A stretch of DNA of 64,000 nucleotides from NCBI GenBank assembly GCA_040390065.1, contig JAZJZE010000001.1, positions 32,001 to 96,000 on the forward strand, in the 5' to 3' direction. This DNA is from a bacterium. Lineage in GTDB: Archaea; Thermoplasmatota; E2; JACPAO01; JAHFTW01. Under the pieces are notes generated by a model that saw only the letters and a list, made by a program, of their open reading frames with translations, was not told the DNA's origin and searched no databases. Made by a program: the position numbers and the translations under genes. Below are positions 29,008 to 40,330 of this stretch, piece after piece (within the stretch, counting starts at the first letter, position 1; the number at the start of each line of letters is the position of its first letter).

Positions 29008-30147
29008 GTGCGCGGTGCTCGCTTGAAGCCCGCCCTTTCCGTTGGCGTCCTGCTCGTTCTCGTTGCAAACGTCGTGCCCGCCGGCGCCCAGATGCCGCCC
29101 GCCGACCCGAGCTTGACCTGGTACGTCCATAACGTCACAAGCACGAGCGGCGGGTCGGGGCCAACACTGAGCTTTACGGCCCCGGGCTCCGATGAAGTGG
29201 CCGTCGCTGCCTCCTGCACGACGGCATGCGCCGGCGCCGCCGCCCTCGTCCATCACGCGGATGCCGAGACGGGCTTGCCGGTGGCCCTGGTGGCGACGGG
29301 TACCGGCGGGGAGGCGCACGTCTGGGTCAAGAGCTACCAGGGCGGCGCTGCACCGGGGACGAAGGCGACCGTGACGGTCTTCGCCGACGGCGTCTCCATC
29401 GCGACCGGCACGGCGACGATGGACGTCGTCGCCGCCACGGTCGAGTACGTCATCACCCTCGACTTCAAGGCGGCCTCGATTGCAATGGGCGCGAAGATCT
29501 CCATGGAGCTGGCGGTGCAGGATTCGCACTGCACATGCTACCTGCCCGTTGCGTACGCAAAGGGCGTCGACGCCACGTACGCCTGGCGCTTCACGTTGCC
29601 CGTCACGGTGAGTGGCGCGACGACATCGGGGGCCAACCACTATGCCAGCGAGAGTGGCCCGAGCCTGCATGCGACTCTCGCGTTGCCGACCGCAACGACG
29701 GCGAATTACTTCTACAACTGGACCACCGGCTTCTCCGCCGTGGAGATTTCCTACAGCGCCCAGCCCACAGCCGGGTCGGTCCACTTCCTCGTCCTCGATG
29801 CAGACAACAAGACGCTTCTGGACAAGGCCCTGTCCGCCGCCGAGGACCGGTCCGTCCAGGTGCCGGCGGCCACAGCCGGCGTCTGGCACGTCAGCATCCA
29901 ACTGACCGGGTTCCAAGGCAATGCCACCCTCGTCATCGTCTCGTCCCAATTGACACCGCCATCGTCGTCGCCGCCGGGCGGCTCGTCCGGGCCAGGCCCG
30001 ACCGACGGGGGAAATCCAGGCACGCCCTCCGGCGGCTCAAACCCGTCCCCGTCTCAGACCAGCAAGGGCTCGCCCGGAATCGATGCCGTCCTGTTTGCCG
30101 CCGTGCTTGCGGGCTCGGTGCTGGTGGCCCGACGCCGCCAGGCGTAG
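29008..30147 (+). CDS. Secreted surface protein with Ser/Pro/Gly linker and C-terminal sorting signal
   Basis: Signal peptide PAGA|Q, beta-rich domains, KGSPG-TM-RRR tail; TTTTTGAA box about 20 nt upstream of GTG 29008. Confidence 0.8.
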   Translation: MRGARLKPALSVGVLLVLVANVVPAGAQMPPADPSLTWYVHNVTSTSGGSGPTLSFTAPGSDEVAVAASCTTACAGAAALVHHADAETGLPVALVATGTGGEAHVWVKSYQGGAAPGTKATVTVFADGVSIATGTATMDVVAATVEYVITLDFKAASIAMGAKISMELAVQDSHCTCYLPVAYAKGVDATYAWRFTLPVTVSGATTSGANHYASESGPSLHATLALPTATTANYFYNWTTGFSAVEISYSAQPTAGSVHFLVLDADNKTLLDKALSAAEDRSVQVPAATAGVWHVSIQLTGFQGNATLVIVSSQLTPPSSSPPGGSSGPGPTDGGNPGTPSGGSNPSPSQTSKGSPGIDAVLFAAVLAGSVLVARRRQA

Positions 30148-30187
30148 CCAGCACAGGCTTTTTGCCCCGGCCGGCTTGGGCCGCGCA

Positions 30188-30556
30188 ATGGTCACCATCG
30201 GCAAGGGCCTGCTGGACTCCGCGGTGCACGAATTCTTCGACGCCGTGCGCAGCTACGACGCCAAACGCGCCGCCGCCGTTCTCGCCGAGGATGCCGACTT
30301 CGACAGCCCGTGGAGCGGCCACCTCACGGGCAAGGCCAACGTCGAGGCGTTCCTCAAGACGTGGCTCTCGGATCCGGTGAAGCGCCCGACGTTCACCATC
30401 ATCGACGTCGCCGGCGACGGCGCCATCGCACGCCTTCGCGTCTCGATCTCCGGCCGCTTCGGCAAGGCCCCCGAGCACTGGAACCTGACCGTGCTCTGCC
30501 TTAAGCACGTCGTGCACCAAGTCAAGTTCGCGGGCGATGCGAAGGCTGGTCACTGA
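30188..30556 (+). CDS. SnoaL/NTF2-like protein
   Basis: VHEFFDAV..YD......LAEDA.F..P....GKANVEAF pattern. Confidence 0.8.
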   Translation: MVTIGKGLLDSAVHEFFDAVRSYDAKRAAAVLAEDADFDSPWSGHLTGKANVEAFLKTWLSDPVKRPTFTIIDVAGDGAIARLRVSISGRFGKAPEHWNLTVLCLKHVVHQVKFAGDAKAGH

Positions 30557-30602
30557 GGAACCGCTTCGCCAAGGCTAAACGCGAGGCCCGGTGCGACGCG
30601 CA

Positions 30603-30788
30603 ATGCGCAACTTCATCGTCTGCGGAATCTGCGGGGCCGTGGTCGTGAGCCATCCCGTCACCGTGACGCAGCATCGGCTCTGGCACAACAAACACATCGA
30701 CGGCAAGACGGAGGCCTTCGCCGCGTTCAGCCTCCTCGAAGCCGCCGATTTCCCGGCCGCGAAGTTCCGCGTCACCGAAGAAGAGTAA
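30603..30788 (+). CDS. Small C2H2-type zinc-finger protein
   Basis: CGIC-x12-HRLWH in a 61-aa ORF with good codon bias. Confidence 0.6.
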   Translation: MRNFIVCGICGAVVVSHPVTVTQHRLWHNKHIDGKTEAFAAFSLLEAADFPAAKFRVTEEE

Positions 30789-30911
30789 GGCCCCCACCGG
30801 CGGGTTGGGTGGGCAAGAGTACGCCGGTGGAGGTTGGAGAAACACCCTCGGAAGAGGAATAAGAACTTCGTGGGGGCAACGTGGTAGGCGCTGGGCCGAA
30901 GCGAGACGGCG

Positions 30912-31325
30912 TCAGGGGAACCTGAACGTGGCAAGCAGCGTGCTCTGGCCGTTGTTCATGTAGGCGACGCTCACCGACGTCACCGACGTGCCGCACGTGA
31001 TGACCTGGCCCGCGGCGACGTTGCCCGTCACCGTGGACGCGCTGCACCGGGCCGCCCCCGCCGTCGTCGAGATTGGCGCCGGGTTGCCTCCATTCACGCC
31101 GACTTGGATCGTGCTCCACGGCACGTTTGGGTCTGCCTGGTTGACGGTCAACGTGCCGCCCCCGCTCGGGTCCGATGCCTTGTTGAAACTGATTGTCGGC
31201 GCTTCGTCGAACGTCCGGTCGCCCGGATTCGTCGTGCCCTGGCCGTTGGGGTCGTAGGGTTTCGTGCTCGCGCATCCGGCCGAGAGGGCGGCGACGACGA
31301 CCAAGGCCACGAGGAATCCGCGCAT
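30912..31325 (-). CDS. Lipoprotein carrying a pilin head domain
   Basis: Lipobox LSAGC; body aligns by eye with the head of the pilin at 3888-4337 (SFNK...PSGGG..TVNQADPN..W..I..GVNGG...GQV..CGT.VTS.S..Y.N.GQS.LL....FP). Confidence 0.85.
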   Translation of the reverse strand: MRGFLVALVVVAALSAGCASTKPYDPNGQGTTNPGDRTFDEAPTISFNKASDPSGGGTLTVNQADPNVPWSTIQVGVNGGNPAPISTTAGAARCSASTVTGNVAAGQVITCGTSVTSVSVAYMNNGQSTLLATFRFP

Positions 31326-31363
31326 GGGGCGCAAGATGGCCCCGCGATGATTACGCTTTGGGA

Positions 31364-31609
31364 CTACGCATGGGGCCGGAGCCGGTGCAGGGCGGCCAGC
31401 AAGCCGTCATGCATCCTGTGTTCGACCTTCACGACGCGGGGCTTGAGGCGATGCCAGCCCTTGGCGATGCCGGCGGCGGCCTTGTGTTCGGCCTTCATGG
31501 CTTTGCGGCGCACGATCTCCGCATCGCGATGCCACATCTTCGACAGGTTGAGGGTGGCGCGGCGCCAGGCGCGGCGCACGGGGTCAGCAAGGACGACAGT
31601 CTTGGGCAT
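31364..31609 (-). CDS. Small basic hypothetical protein
   Basis: 81-aa Arg/Lys/His-rich ORF downstream of dnaK; TTTAT box upstream on the minus strand. Confidence 0.5.
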   Translation of the reverse strand: MPKTVVLADPVRRAWRRATLNLSKMWHRDAEIVRRKAMKAEHKAAAGIAKGWHRLKPRVVKVEHRMHDGLLAALHRLRPHA

Positions 31610-31687
31610 GGTCTACCAAGACTGACTGTCGGCGCCCGGTCCCCATAAAGGGTCCCCCCAAAGGACTTTCAAGGGCCCGGCGCGGCG

Positions 31688-33661
<1,974 letters not shown>

Positions 33662-33792
33662 GCGAATTCACCTGTTGCGGGCCGTGGATTGGCCCGTCTG
33701 CAGCACCAGGTGAGTTAGGACTTCTATAAAGACATAGTTGCGGTCGAAACGCGTCCCGGCGCGGCCTTAAGCGACGCCAGGAATGGACCCGC

Positions 33793-35238
33793 GTGGCGGA
33801 TCCCGTCGCACAATGGGTCGGATTCTCCAGTTCGTTCCTGGCGGCGGCCCTGATGCTGGCCCTTGCCATAGGCATCCTTCTTCTCAACCACCGCAGCGTC
33901 GTGACGCGGGCCTTTGCCTTCATGCTGTTCTTGGGCGCCTCCATCGTGATTGTGCATCGGTTGGAGAACGCGAGCCGGCCAGGCGGCGTCCTCGAGGCCT
34001 CGGGTTTGAATTCGGCCATGCTGGAACTCCTCTGGTACCTGCGGGTCGCGTACGTTCCTGCGATGGTCCTCTTCTTGCTGGTGTACGTCCGCCCTGTCCC
34101 CGTCGGCACCTTTCGGTGGCTGCGGTGGGCCATTGCCGGCGTCGCCCTCGTCGCCCTGGAAACCGTGCTGGCCGTCCACTTCCTGGCCGGCGACCGGTGC
34201 ATCGCGTTCTGCGAAGCTGGAGGCGTAAGGACCGCCGGTCCCCTGTATATCCTCACGGAACAATCCGGCCTCGGGACGGCCCTTGCGGGTCTCGCGGGTC
34301 TCGGCTTTGCCATTTCGGCGTCGCGTCGGCCCGTGGGGGCGCTGCATTCCGCCGTTTTCCTGCTTTCCTTGGGCTTCACCCTCAATGCCCTCGTGGATGG
34401 CGCCGACAACGTCCTGCTGCTTGCGCACGGACCCCTTCCTGCCGCAGCGGGGGCCGGCGGATCGGCGTTCTGGGCCTGGGCGTCGTGGGGGCTTGCCGCC
34501 CTCGGCTTCGCGGCCGCCGCGGTGAGTCTGGTCGTCTACGCGATAGACGCACGAAACCATGCGGAGCTCCGGCGCCGCGCGGTGACCTCATTCGTGATGT
34601 CTGCGGGAGCCCTTGCCACTGCCTGCTACATCGCGCTTTCTCCACCCACCCTCGCCGCCCCCGGCGCAGCCCTCGACTACCTCTCCCTCTGGGCCATCTT
34701 TCTCGTTGGCATCGTCCGACTCGCCTTGCCAGCCCTCGCCGCCCTCGCCCTCGTCAAGCACCGCCTCTTCGGCATCGAGGTCAAGATCAACCATGGCGTC
34801 AGCCGCAGCCTCGTCGTCGGCGCGTTTCTTGCCGTGTTCTTCGTCGTGACGCAGATCATCCAGAACCTCTTCGCGAGTCCCGGTTGGGGCATCCTAGGCG
34901 GCGGCGCGGCAGCCGGCATCCTGCTGTTTGCCTTGCATCCCCTGCAGAACCTGGGTCACCGCATCGCCGACGCCGTCATCCCGACTCCGCATCGCAAGAC
35001 GACGCGCGTCTCCAAGCATGAGGCCCTCGACATCTACCGCGACCAGGCCCTCCTCGTCTGGGCGGACGGTGTCATGGGGCGAAAAGAGCGCGCCCTGCTG
35101 GACCAGTTGCGCGACCGCCTCGCCGTCCCCCTGGCCGATGCGGCGCGCATCGAGCGCGAGGCCGCCGACGCCGCGCCCGCGGGGAAGTTCCCCCGTCGCA
35201 AGCCGCGCAGCCGCTCCGCGCAACTCAGCCCGGATTAA
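33793..35238 (+). CDS. Polytopic membrane protein with C-terminal TerB-like helical domain
   Basis: About 10 hydrophobic segments, then YRDQALLVWADGVMGRKERALLDQLRDRLAV...AARIERE. Confidence 0.75.
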   Translation: MADPVAQWVGFSSSFLAAALMLALAIGILLLNHRSVVTRAFAFMLFLGASIVIVHRLENASRPGGVLEASGLNSAMLELLWYLRVAYVPAMVLFLLVYVRPVPVGTFRWLRWAIAGVALVALETVLAVHFLAGDRCIAFCEAGGVRTAGPLYILTEQSGLGTALAGLAGLGFAISASRRPVGALHSAVFLLSLGFTLNALVDGADNVLLLAHGPLPAAAGAGGSAFWAWASWGLAALGFAAAAVSLVVYAIDARNHAELRRRAVTSFVMSAGALATACYIALSPPTLAAPGAALDYLSLWAIFLVGIVRLALPALAALALVKHRLFGIEVKINHGVSRSLVVGAFLAVFFVVTQIIQNLFASPGWGILGGGAAAGILLFALHPLQNLGHRIADAVIPTPHRKTTRVSKHEALDIYRDQALLVWADGVMGRKERALLDQLRDRLAVPLADAARIEREAADAAPAGKFPRRKPRSRSAQLSPD

Positions 35239-35270
35239 ATAGGGGCAAGTCAAGTCCTCCGGCGGTGGCT

Positions 35271-36083
35271 ATGCGTCCTGGATTGCGAAATGCCGTTGTA
35301 TTGCTGTTTGCCTGTACGTTCCTTCCCATTGTCTCCATGCCGGCGGGTGCCCTGTGCCACGAAGACATGGGCTGCAAGGCCTACCTGCCCAATGGCACGT
35401 GTGTCACCCAGACGGACTGGGTCTTCGACTGCAAGAAGGACGCGCCGAAGAGTTCCCCGGACGGCGTCGCCGTCACGAACCTGAACCTGCAAGTCGGCGG
35501 CGTCGTTGCATCCGGGAGCGCCAGCATCGCCGGCAGCACGAGTGCCGTCTCGGCCGCATCGGACACGTACGCTTCGGGGTCGCTCATGACCGTCACGTTC
35601 CAGACGCACTGGGCCGGCAACGCTTCGCACCCGGCCGCGCTCGACCTCGTCTTCGAGTTCGGCACCGGTGGCGTCGAGTGGCTGACCCCGCCGGGCGCCG
35701 ACCTGCCCAAGGCGAGTGGCGGTACGGCCGACCCGCAGGCCGATTCGGTGAAGGCGTCGCAGACGACGTCTGAGGACGGGACGCACGTCATCTACACCGT
35801 CCAGATGGCGAACTTCGCGGCCCCGTCGACGTATGCATGGAGCTTCCGCATCCCGGCCGAACGCACCCAGGGAACGGTCTCCCTTCCGGTCACCCTGTAC
35901 GTGCTCCAGGGCCATGAGGCCAGTGCGCAGCGTGGCGACATGGCTTTCCCTCTGGCGCCCGCCAGTTCGGGGGTCGTCGTCGGGCAGCCGATCTGGCAGT
36001 CGCCGGCGTTCCTCCTCCTCGGCGGCGCGGTCGTCGGCCTCGCTGTCGGCTTCGTGCTGTTCCGCAAGGGCCCGCGAACGTAG
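35271..36083 (+). CDS. Secreted, C-terminally anchored protein (paralog of 39088-39846)
   Basis: Signal peptide, Cys-rich N-terminus, WSFRIP...GT..LPV, WQSPAF-TM-RK tail; ATTAAATA upstream. Confidence 0.75.
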   Translation: MRPGLRNAVVLLFACTFLPIVSMPAGALCHEDMGCKAYLPNGTCVTQTDWVFDCKKDAPKSSPDGVAVTNLNLQVGGVVASGSASIAGSTSAVSAASDTYASGSLMTVTFQTHWAGNASHPAALDLVFEFGTGGVEWLTPPGADLPKASGGTADPQADSVKASQTTSEDGTHVIYTVQMANFAAPSTYAWSFRIPAERTQGTVSLPVTLYVLQGHEASAQRGDMAFPLAPASSGVVVGQPIWQSPAFLLLGGAVVGLAVGFVLFRKGPRT

Positions 36084-36095
36084 GACGGCCGCGTC

Positions 36096-38321
36096 TCAGT
36101 GTTGCATTGCGGGCGGCGCCTGCGGTGCGTGCGGTTGCACGACCGGGTAGGCGGCCAGCGGCTTGTCCTCGAGGCGAACGAGGCCGGCCTCCGCCATCCG
36201 GCGCATGTGGTACGCCGCGGCGCCGTACGTCACACCGAGGGTACGCGAGGCCTCGGCGGCCGTCGTTCCCGGGTGGTCACGCACGATGGACTCGAGGCGG
36301 CGTGCAACTTCGGACTTGCGCATGCCCGCGCCGGGCTCCGTGGGGACGTCCGCGAGGTACAGGCAACTGTAGCGGCCCGAGCGCACCGTGCGCACCAAGC
36401 CCGCGGTCTCGAGGACCTGCAGGTGGTGGCGCACCGAGCCACGCGCCTGGGCGGCCAAGCGCGACAACTCGTTGAAGTGGATGCCCGGCTGCGCTTCGAT
36501 GGCGGCAAGCAGGCGAGCGCGGGCCGGGTGCGCGGACACGTCGCGGTTGATGAAGCGCGTGAAGAGCGGCGCCAGGAACGGCAGCCACTTCTTGTTGGCG
36601 GCCCACAATCCCGCCACCACGCCCACCGCGACGACACCGAGGCCGGCCGTCGAAAGGGGTGTCCAGAAGGTGCCCGTCTGCGGCGCGCTGAAGGTCTGCA
36701 GGGTGCCTGGGTTGCTGGGTGGCAGCGGCCCGGTGCCGTGGCCGTAGGGGAGGGCGACGACCGAGCAGGCATCGCCGACGCCATTCTGGTCGACGTCCGT
36801 CTGGTCCGCGTTGGGAGTGTCGGGGCAGTTGTCCAGGTAGGCTCCCTTGATGGAGACCTGCACCACGCCGTCGCCGTCGCGGTCGGCGTCGCAGACGTCG
36901 CCCATGCCGTCGCGGTCCAGGTCCTCTTGCTTCGGGTTCTGGATGGCCGGGCAGTTGTCGGATGTGTCCGCGATGCCGTCGAGGTCATGGTCGATGGCGT
37001 CGTTCGTGCCCGTGCCCGCGCGCGGGTCCGTCGGCGTCGTCGCGATATGGGGTTCGCATGCATCGCCCACGAGGTTGGCATCCGCGTCTTCCTGAGCCGG
37101 GTTGCTGGCCAGCGGGCAGTTATCGGCGAGGTTCTCGATGCCGTCGCCGTCCATGTCGGAGTCGCATGCGTCGCCGAAGCTGTCCTGGTCGCGGTCGCCC
37201 TGTTCGCGGTTGGCGTAGTTCGGGCAGTTGTCGGCGCTGTCCGGGATGCCATCGCTGTCGCCGTCAGGTTCGCCTGGCCGGGCGTTGTTCTCCGGCGGCG
37301 TCGTGGGAGTGCGAGGATCGGGATCCGTGATGATGATGGGCTGCTTGTCCACGGGCTTCTCCGTGGGCGGATCCGTCGGGCAGGCCACGACGCGCGTCTC
37401 GCACGTCACCGCACCGGAGCCATCGAAGCCCCAGGCGACGTCGGCCGCCCAGAGGGCGGGTCCCGCGTGCAGTCCGGTCATGATGCCGGGCTCGACCGTC
37501 CAACCACCGGTGGCGAGGTCGAAGCGCGTCATGCGGATGGACAAGCTGCCCGCCCACGTGGCGATGACGCCGCCCGCGGGACCCGATTGAAGCAGAGGGC
37601 CAGCCACGGACCCGATGTCCGCGACGGCGCCGGCGACGACGGCGTCGTTGGCCGGAGTGTAGTCGTAGAAGCGCGTCACATGGCTCTGCGCGTCGTACGT
37701 GAGGATATGCGCAACGTTGCCGTCCCAGAGCACGCCGAGCTTGGACAACTGGCCGGGTTCACCCGGGAGTTTCGCCTGCAAGGTCGTCCACGTGTCCATC
37801 GCCGCATCGTAGCGGATGAACTGGCAAGACCAGACGCAATTGGAGGTCCACGTCACGGTCTCGCCGACAGTGAAGCTCGGGGCGTCGACCTGGCAGCCGG
37901 GGAAGTAGCTCCCCATGGCCTGCAGGATTCCCGAGGATGGATCGTACCGTTGCACGGGGAACGGCGCGATGCCCGGGTGCTGCGGCGTGAAGATGTAGAT
38001 GTGCGAGCCGATGAGTTGCGGGCCTGCCTCGGCCGCAGATCCCGGAAGATGGGCGATCACGAAGCTGGCGCCCGTCGCCGGCACGTAGCGTTCGAACGTG
38101 ACGTCCTGTCCGGCGGCGAGTGAACACGAGGGCGTGCGCACCGCGTACACGACGCCGCCGGCCCACGTCGTCTTGACGCAGCCGTTGCCGGCCATGGCGG
38201 GATACGGGTGGGCCGCCCACGCGTCGGGCGCGGGGGTCGTCGCCGCGGCGGGGAGGGCGAGACAGGCCAATGAAATCCAGCCCAGGACGCGCAGGCATCG
38301 GGCAGGGGCAGTTCGCGCCAT
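36096..38321 (-). CDS. Membrane-spanning regulator: propeller-like domain, thrombospondin type-3 repeats, TM, tandem winged HTH
   Basis: Signal peptide; four DxDxDG..DNCP..N..Q.D.D..GDAC units; TM; PGIHFNELSR...HHLQVLE..GLV and PGTTAAEASR...YHMRRM..AGLV. Confidence 0.85.
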   Translation of the reverse strand: MARTAPARCLRVLGWISLACLALPAAATTPAPDAWAAHPYPAMAGNGCVKTTWAGGVVYAVRTPSCSLAAGQDVTFERYVPATGASFVIAHLPGSAAEAGPQLIGSHIYIFTPQHPGIAPFPVQRYDPSSGILQAMGSYFPGCQVDAPSFTVGETVTWTSNCVWSCQFIRYDAAMDTWTTLQAKLPGEPGQLSKLGVLWDGNVAHILTYDAQSHVTRFYDYTPANDAVVAGAVADIGSVAGPLLQSGPAGGVIATWAGSLSIRMTRFDLATGGWTVEPGIMTGLHAGPALWAADVAWGFDGSGAVTCETRVVACPTDPPTEKPVDKQPIIITDPDPRTPTTPPENNARPGEPDGDSDGIPDSADNCPNYANREQGDRDQDSFGDACDSDMDGDGIENLADNCPLASNPAQEDADANLVGDACEPHIATTPTDPRAGTGTNDAIDHDLDGIADTSDNCPAIQNPKQEDLDRDGMGDVCDADRDGDGVVQVSIKGAYLDNCPDTPNADQTDVDQNGVGDACSVVALPYGHGTGPLPPSNPGTLQTFSAPQTGTFWTPLSTAGLGVVAVGVVAGLWAANKKWLPFLAPLFTRFINRDVSAHPARARLLAAIEAQPGIHFNELSRLAAQARGSVRHHLQVLETAGLVRTVRSGRYSCLYLADVPTEPGAGMRKSEVARRLESIVRDHPGTTAAEASRTLGVTYGAAAYHMRRMAEAGLVRLEDKPLAAYPVVQPHAPQAPPAMQH

Positions 38322-38390
38322 CGGTGGGCCATCCCCTGGTCTACTTATGAATCGAGTGGGCCAGTCGTTGAGCGGTCCAGGTCAAATCCC

Positions 38391-39008
38391 TTAGGGTCCG
38401 GGCCGTGCCGCGCAGACCTTGGCAAAGCGCAAGACCTTGTCCCCCAGCAGGTAGCCAGGCTGGACGACGCGGGTGATGACGCCGGGGGCCACTCCTGGCG
38501 CGTCCTCGGTGGCCACGATGTCGTGACGGGCGGGGTCGACGCGTTCGCCTATCGCCCCGGTCCGGACCAGCCCCTCCCGTTGCACGAGCCGGTCGAACTC
38601 GCGCGCCAACAGGATGACCCCTTCCGAGACCGGGCCTGGATGGGCTTCGGCTTGGTGGGCGGCCATGTGGGCGAGTTCCAGAATCGGGAGGAAGGATTCG
38701 AGGACGCGGGCTTTCTGGCGTTCGCGTTCCATGGCCGCTTCGCGTTCGACGCGCTTCTGCAGGTTGTCGTAGTCGGCGCGGGCGCGGGCCAGGCGGCCCT
38801 TCAGGTCCTCGGATTCGGCGTTGCGCGGGTCAACTGGCGGCCCACCAGGTGTGCCTTCCGGCGGCGGGCGGGACGGAGCGCCGGGCCCAGGGGGATTGGT
38901 GCGAGGAGCGGCGCCGCCCTTGGCATTCTTGTCCGCCTTGCGGCCTGCCTTGGCCGGCGCCCCGGTTGGCGAGGGGGTTCCGGTGTTGCCCATCGCGTTT
39001 CGCGACAC
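38391..39008 (-). CDS. grpE: Nucleotide exchange factor GrpE with Pro-rich N-terminus
   Basis: RARADYDNLQKR, FLPILE, DPARH, VVQPGYLLGDKVLRFAKV. Confidence 0.92.
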   Translation of the reverse strand: MSRNAMGNTGTPSPTGAPAKAGRKADKNAKGGAAPRTNPPGPGAPSRPPPEGTPGGPPVDPRNAESEDLKGRLARARADYDNLQKRVEREAAMERERQKARVLESFLPILELAHMAAHQAEAHPGPVSEGVILLAREFDRLVQREGLVRTGAIGERVDPARHDIVATEDAPGVAPGVITRVVQPGYLLGDKVLRFAKVCAARPGP

Positions 39009-39087
39009 GGCCGGGCCTTAAAAGTGAGATTCCGCGGGCGCGGGCGTCCCTTGCCGATTTAAGAGGGGCGCACTGGATGGTACGCGC

Positions 39088-39846
39088 GTGAAGGTCGTCC
39101 TCGTGCTCATCGTGCTCTGCGGCGGGCTTCTAGTGATTCCTCCCGCGGCGCTTGCTGATTGCCACCTTCCGGCGCCCAGCCGCTGCGCTCCGGCCCCGGG
39201 CGTTCCAGAGCGGGGTTGCCCAACGACCTTTGGCGGCCTCGTGGCAGAGTGCCCAGACCAGGCGCTGGGCCAGCAGGATGCCGTGGTGCTGACAGTCGAC
39301 GGCCTACGTGTCGAGGGGCTGGCGTCGCCGACCGTGCTCGTCAGCGACACAGACGGGCCGCACGACTATCCGATTGGAAGCATCGTGACACTCACGTTCT
39401 CTGCCCGGTGGTTGGGCAACGCCACGCATCCCGACGCCGTCGCGGCCGTCTACCACTTCGATGCGCATGCCATCAACTGGACGAGCGCACCGGCCGGTCC
39501 CGCAGACGTGCAGGGCTACCCGCGCTACCCGTCCTACGGCTTCACCTTCGACGATTGGAGCGGCGGCAACACGACGTTCCAGTGGACGTTCCGCATCCCC
39601 GAGGGCACACCGCTCGGAACGCTGCACGTTCCCGTGGCCTTCGCCGTCACGGCTGGCGGACGCGAGCGCTCGTCGCAAAGCGACCTCGTGTTGCACGTCG
39701 TGTCCAAGGAGGTGAGCGTGATCCCACCACCGCCGTTCTGGCGCGACCCCGCCTTCATCTTGCTGGTCGGGTGCGTGATTGGGCTTACCTTGGGCTTCAT
39801 CCTCTTTGGCAAGCCCCGCGCATCCGCCTCCTGGAGGCTCGCATGA
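39088..39846 (+). CDS. Secreted, C-terminally anchored protein (paralog of 35271-36083)
   Basis: Signal peptide, Cys-rich N-terminus, W.GNATHP, WTFRIP..GT..VPV, WRDPAF-TM-GK tail. Confidence 0.75.
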   Translation: MKVVLVLIVLCGGLLVIPPAALADCHLPAPSRCAPAPGVPERGCPTTFGGLVAECPDQALGQQDAVVLTVDGLRVEGLASPTVLVSDTDGPHDYPIGSIVTLTFSARWLGNATHPDAVAAVYHFDAHAINWTSAPAGPADVQGYPRYPSYGFTFDDWSGGNTTFQWTFRIPEGTPLGTLHVPVAFAVTAGGRERSSQSDLVLHVVSKEVSVIPPPPFWRDPAFILLVGCVIGLTLGFILFGKPRASASWRLA

Positions 39847-40322
39847 AAGTCCTGGCCGAGTTCCGCGAGTTCGCCGTCAAGGGCAACGCCATGGACCTCG
39901 CGGTCGGCATCATCATCGGCGCAGCGTTTGGCAAAATCGTCACGTCGCTTGTCAACGACGTCATCATGCCGCCCATCTCCATCCTACTCGGCCGGGCGGA
40001 CTTCACCAACCAGTTCTTCGTCCTGCGCGGGAATGCAGTGGGAAACGGTACGTTGGCGGAGGCGAAGCAGGCCGGCGCAACGACCGTCAACTACGGCGTC
40101 TTCGTCAATGCGCTCATCGAATTCGTCATCGTCGCCTTTGCCGTCTTCCTGCTCGTGCGGCAGATCAACCGCCTGAAACGGAAGCAGCAGGCAAAGCCCG
40201 CCCCGAGCCCCCTCATGCGCGCCTGCCCCGAGTGCCTGTCGGAGATTCCGCGCGCCGCGACGCGTTGCAGCCAGTGCACGGCGCAAGTCCCTCCGGCCGA
40301 GCCGGCCAGGGCCCAAGCGTAG
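39843..40322 (+). CDS. mscL: Large-conductance mechanosensitive channel with C-terminal Zn ribbon
   Basis: [36 protein letters not shown]...CSQC. Confidence 0.95.
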   Translation: MKVLAEFREFAVKGNAMDLAVGIIIGAAFGKIVTSLVNDVIMPPISILLGRADFTNQFFVLRGNAVGNGTLAEAKQAGATTVNYGVFVNALIEFVIVAFAVFLLVRQINRLKRKQQAKPAPSPLMRACPECLSEIPRAATRCSQCTAQVPPAEPARAQA

Positions 40323-40330
40323 GGCAAGGA

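Noticed and set aside
36760-37270. Repetitive DNA that could be taken for an array
   Set aside because: Explained by protein-level thrombospondin type-3 repeats
39843-40322. MscL with C-terminal Zn ribbon as a novelty
   Set aside because: This extension is already common among MscL homologs
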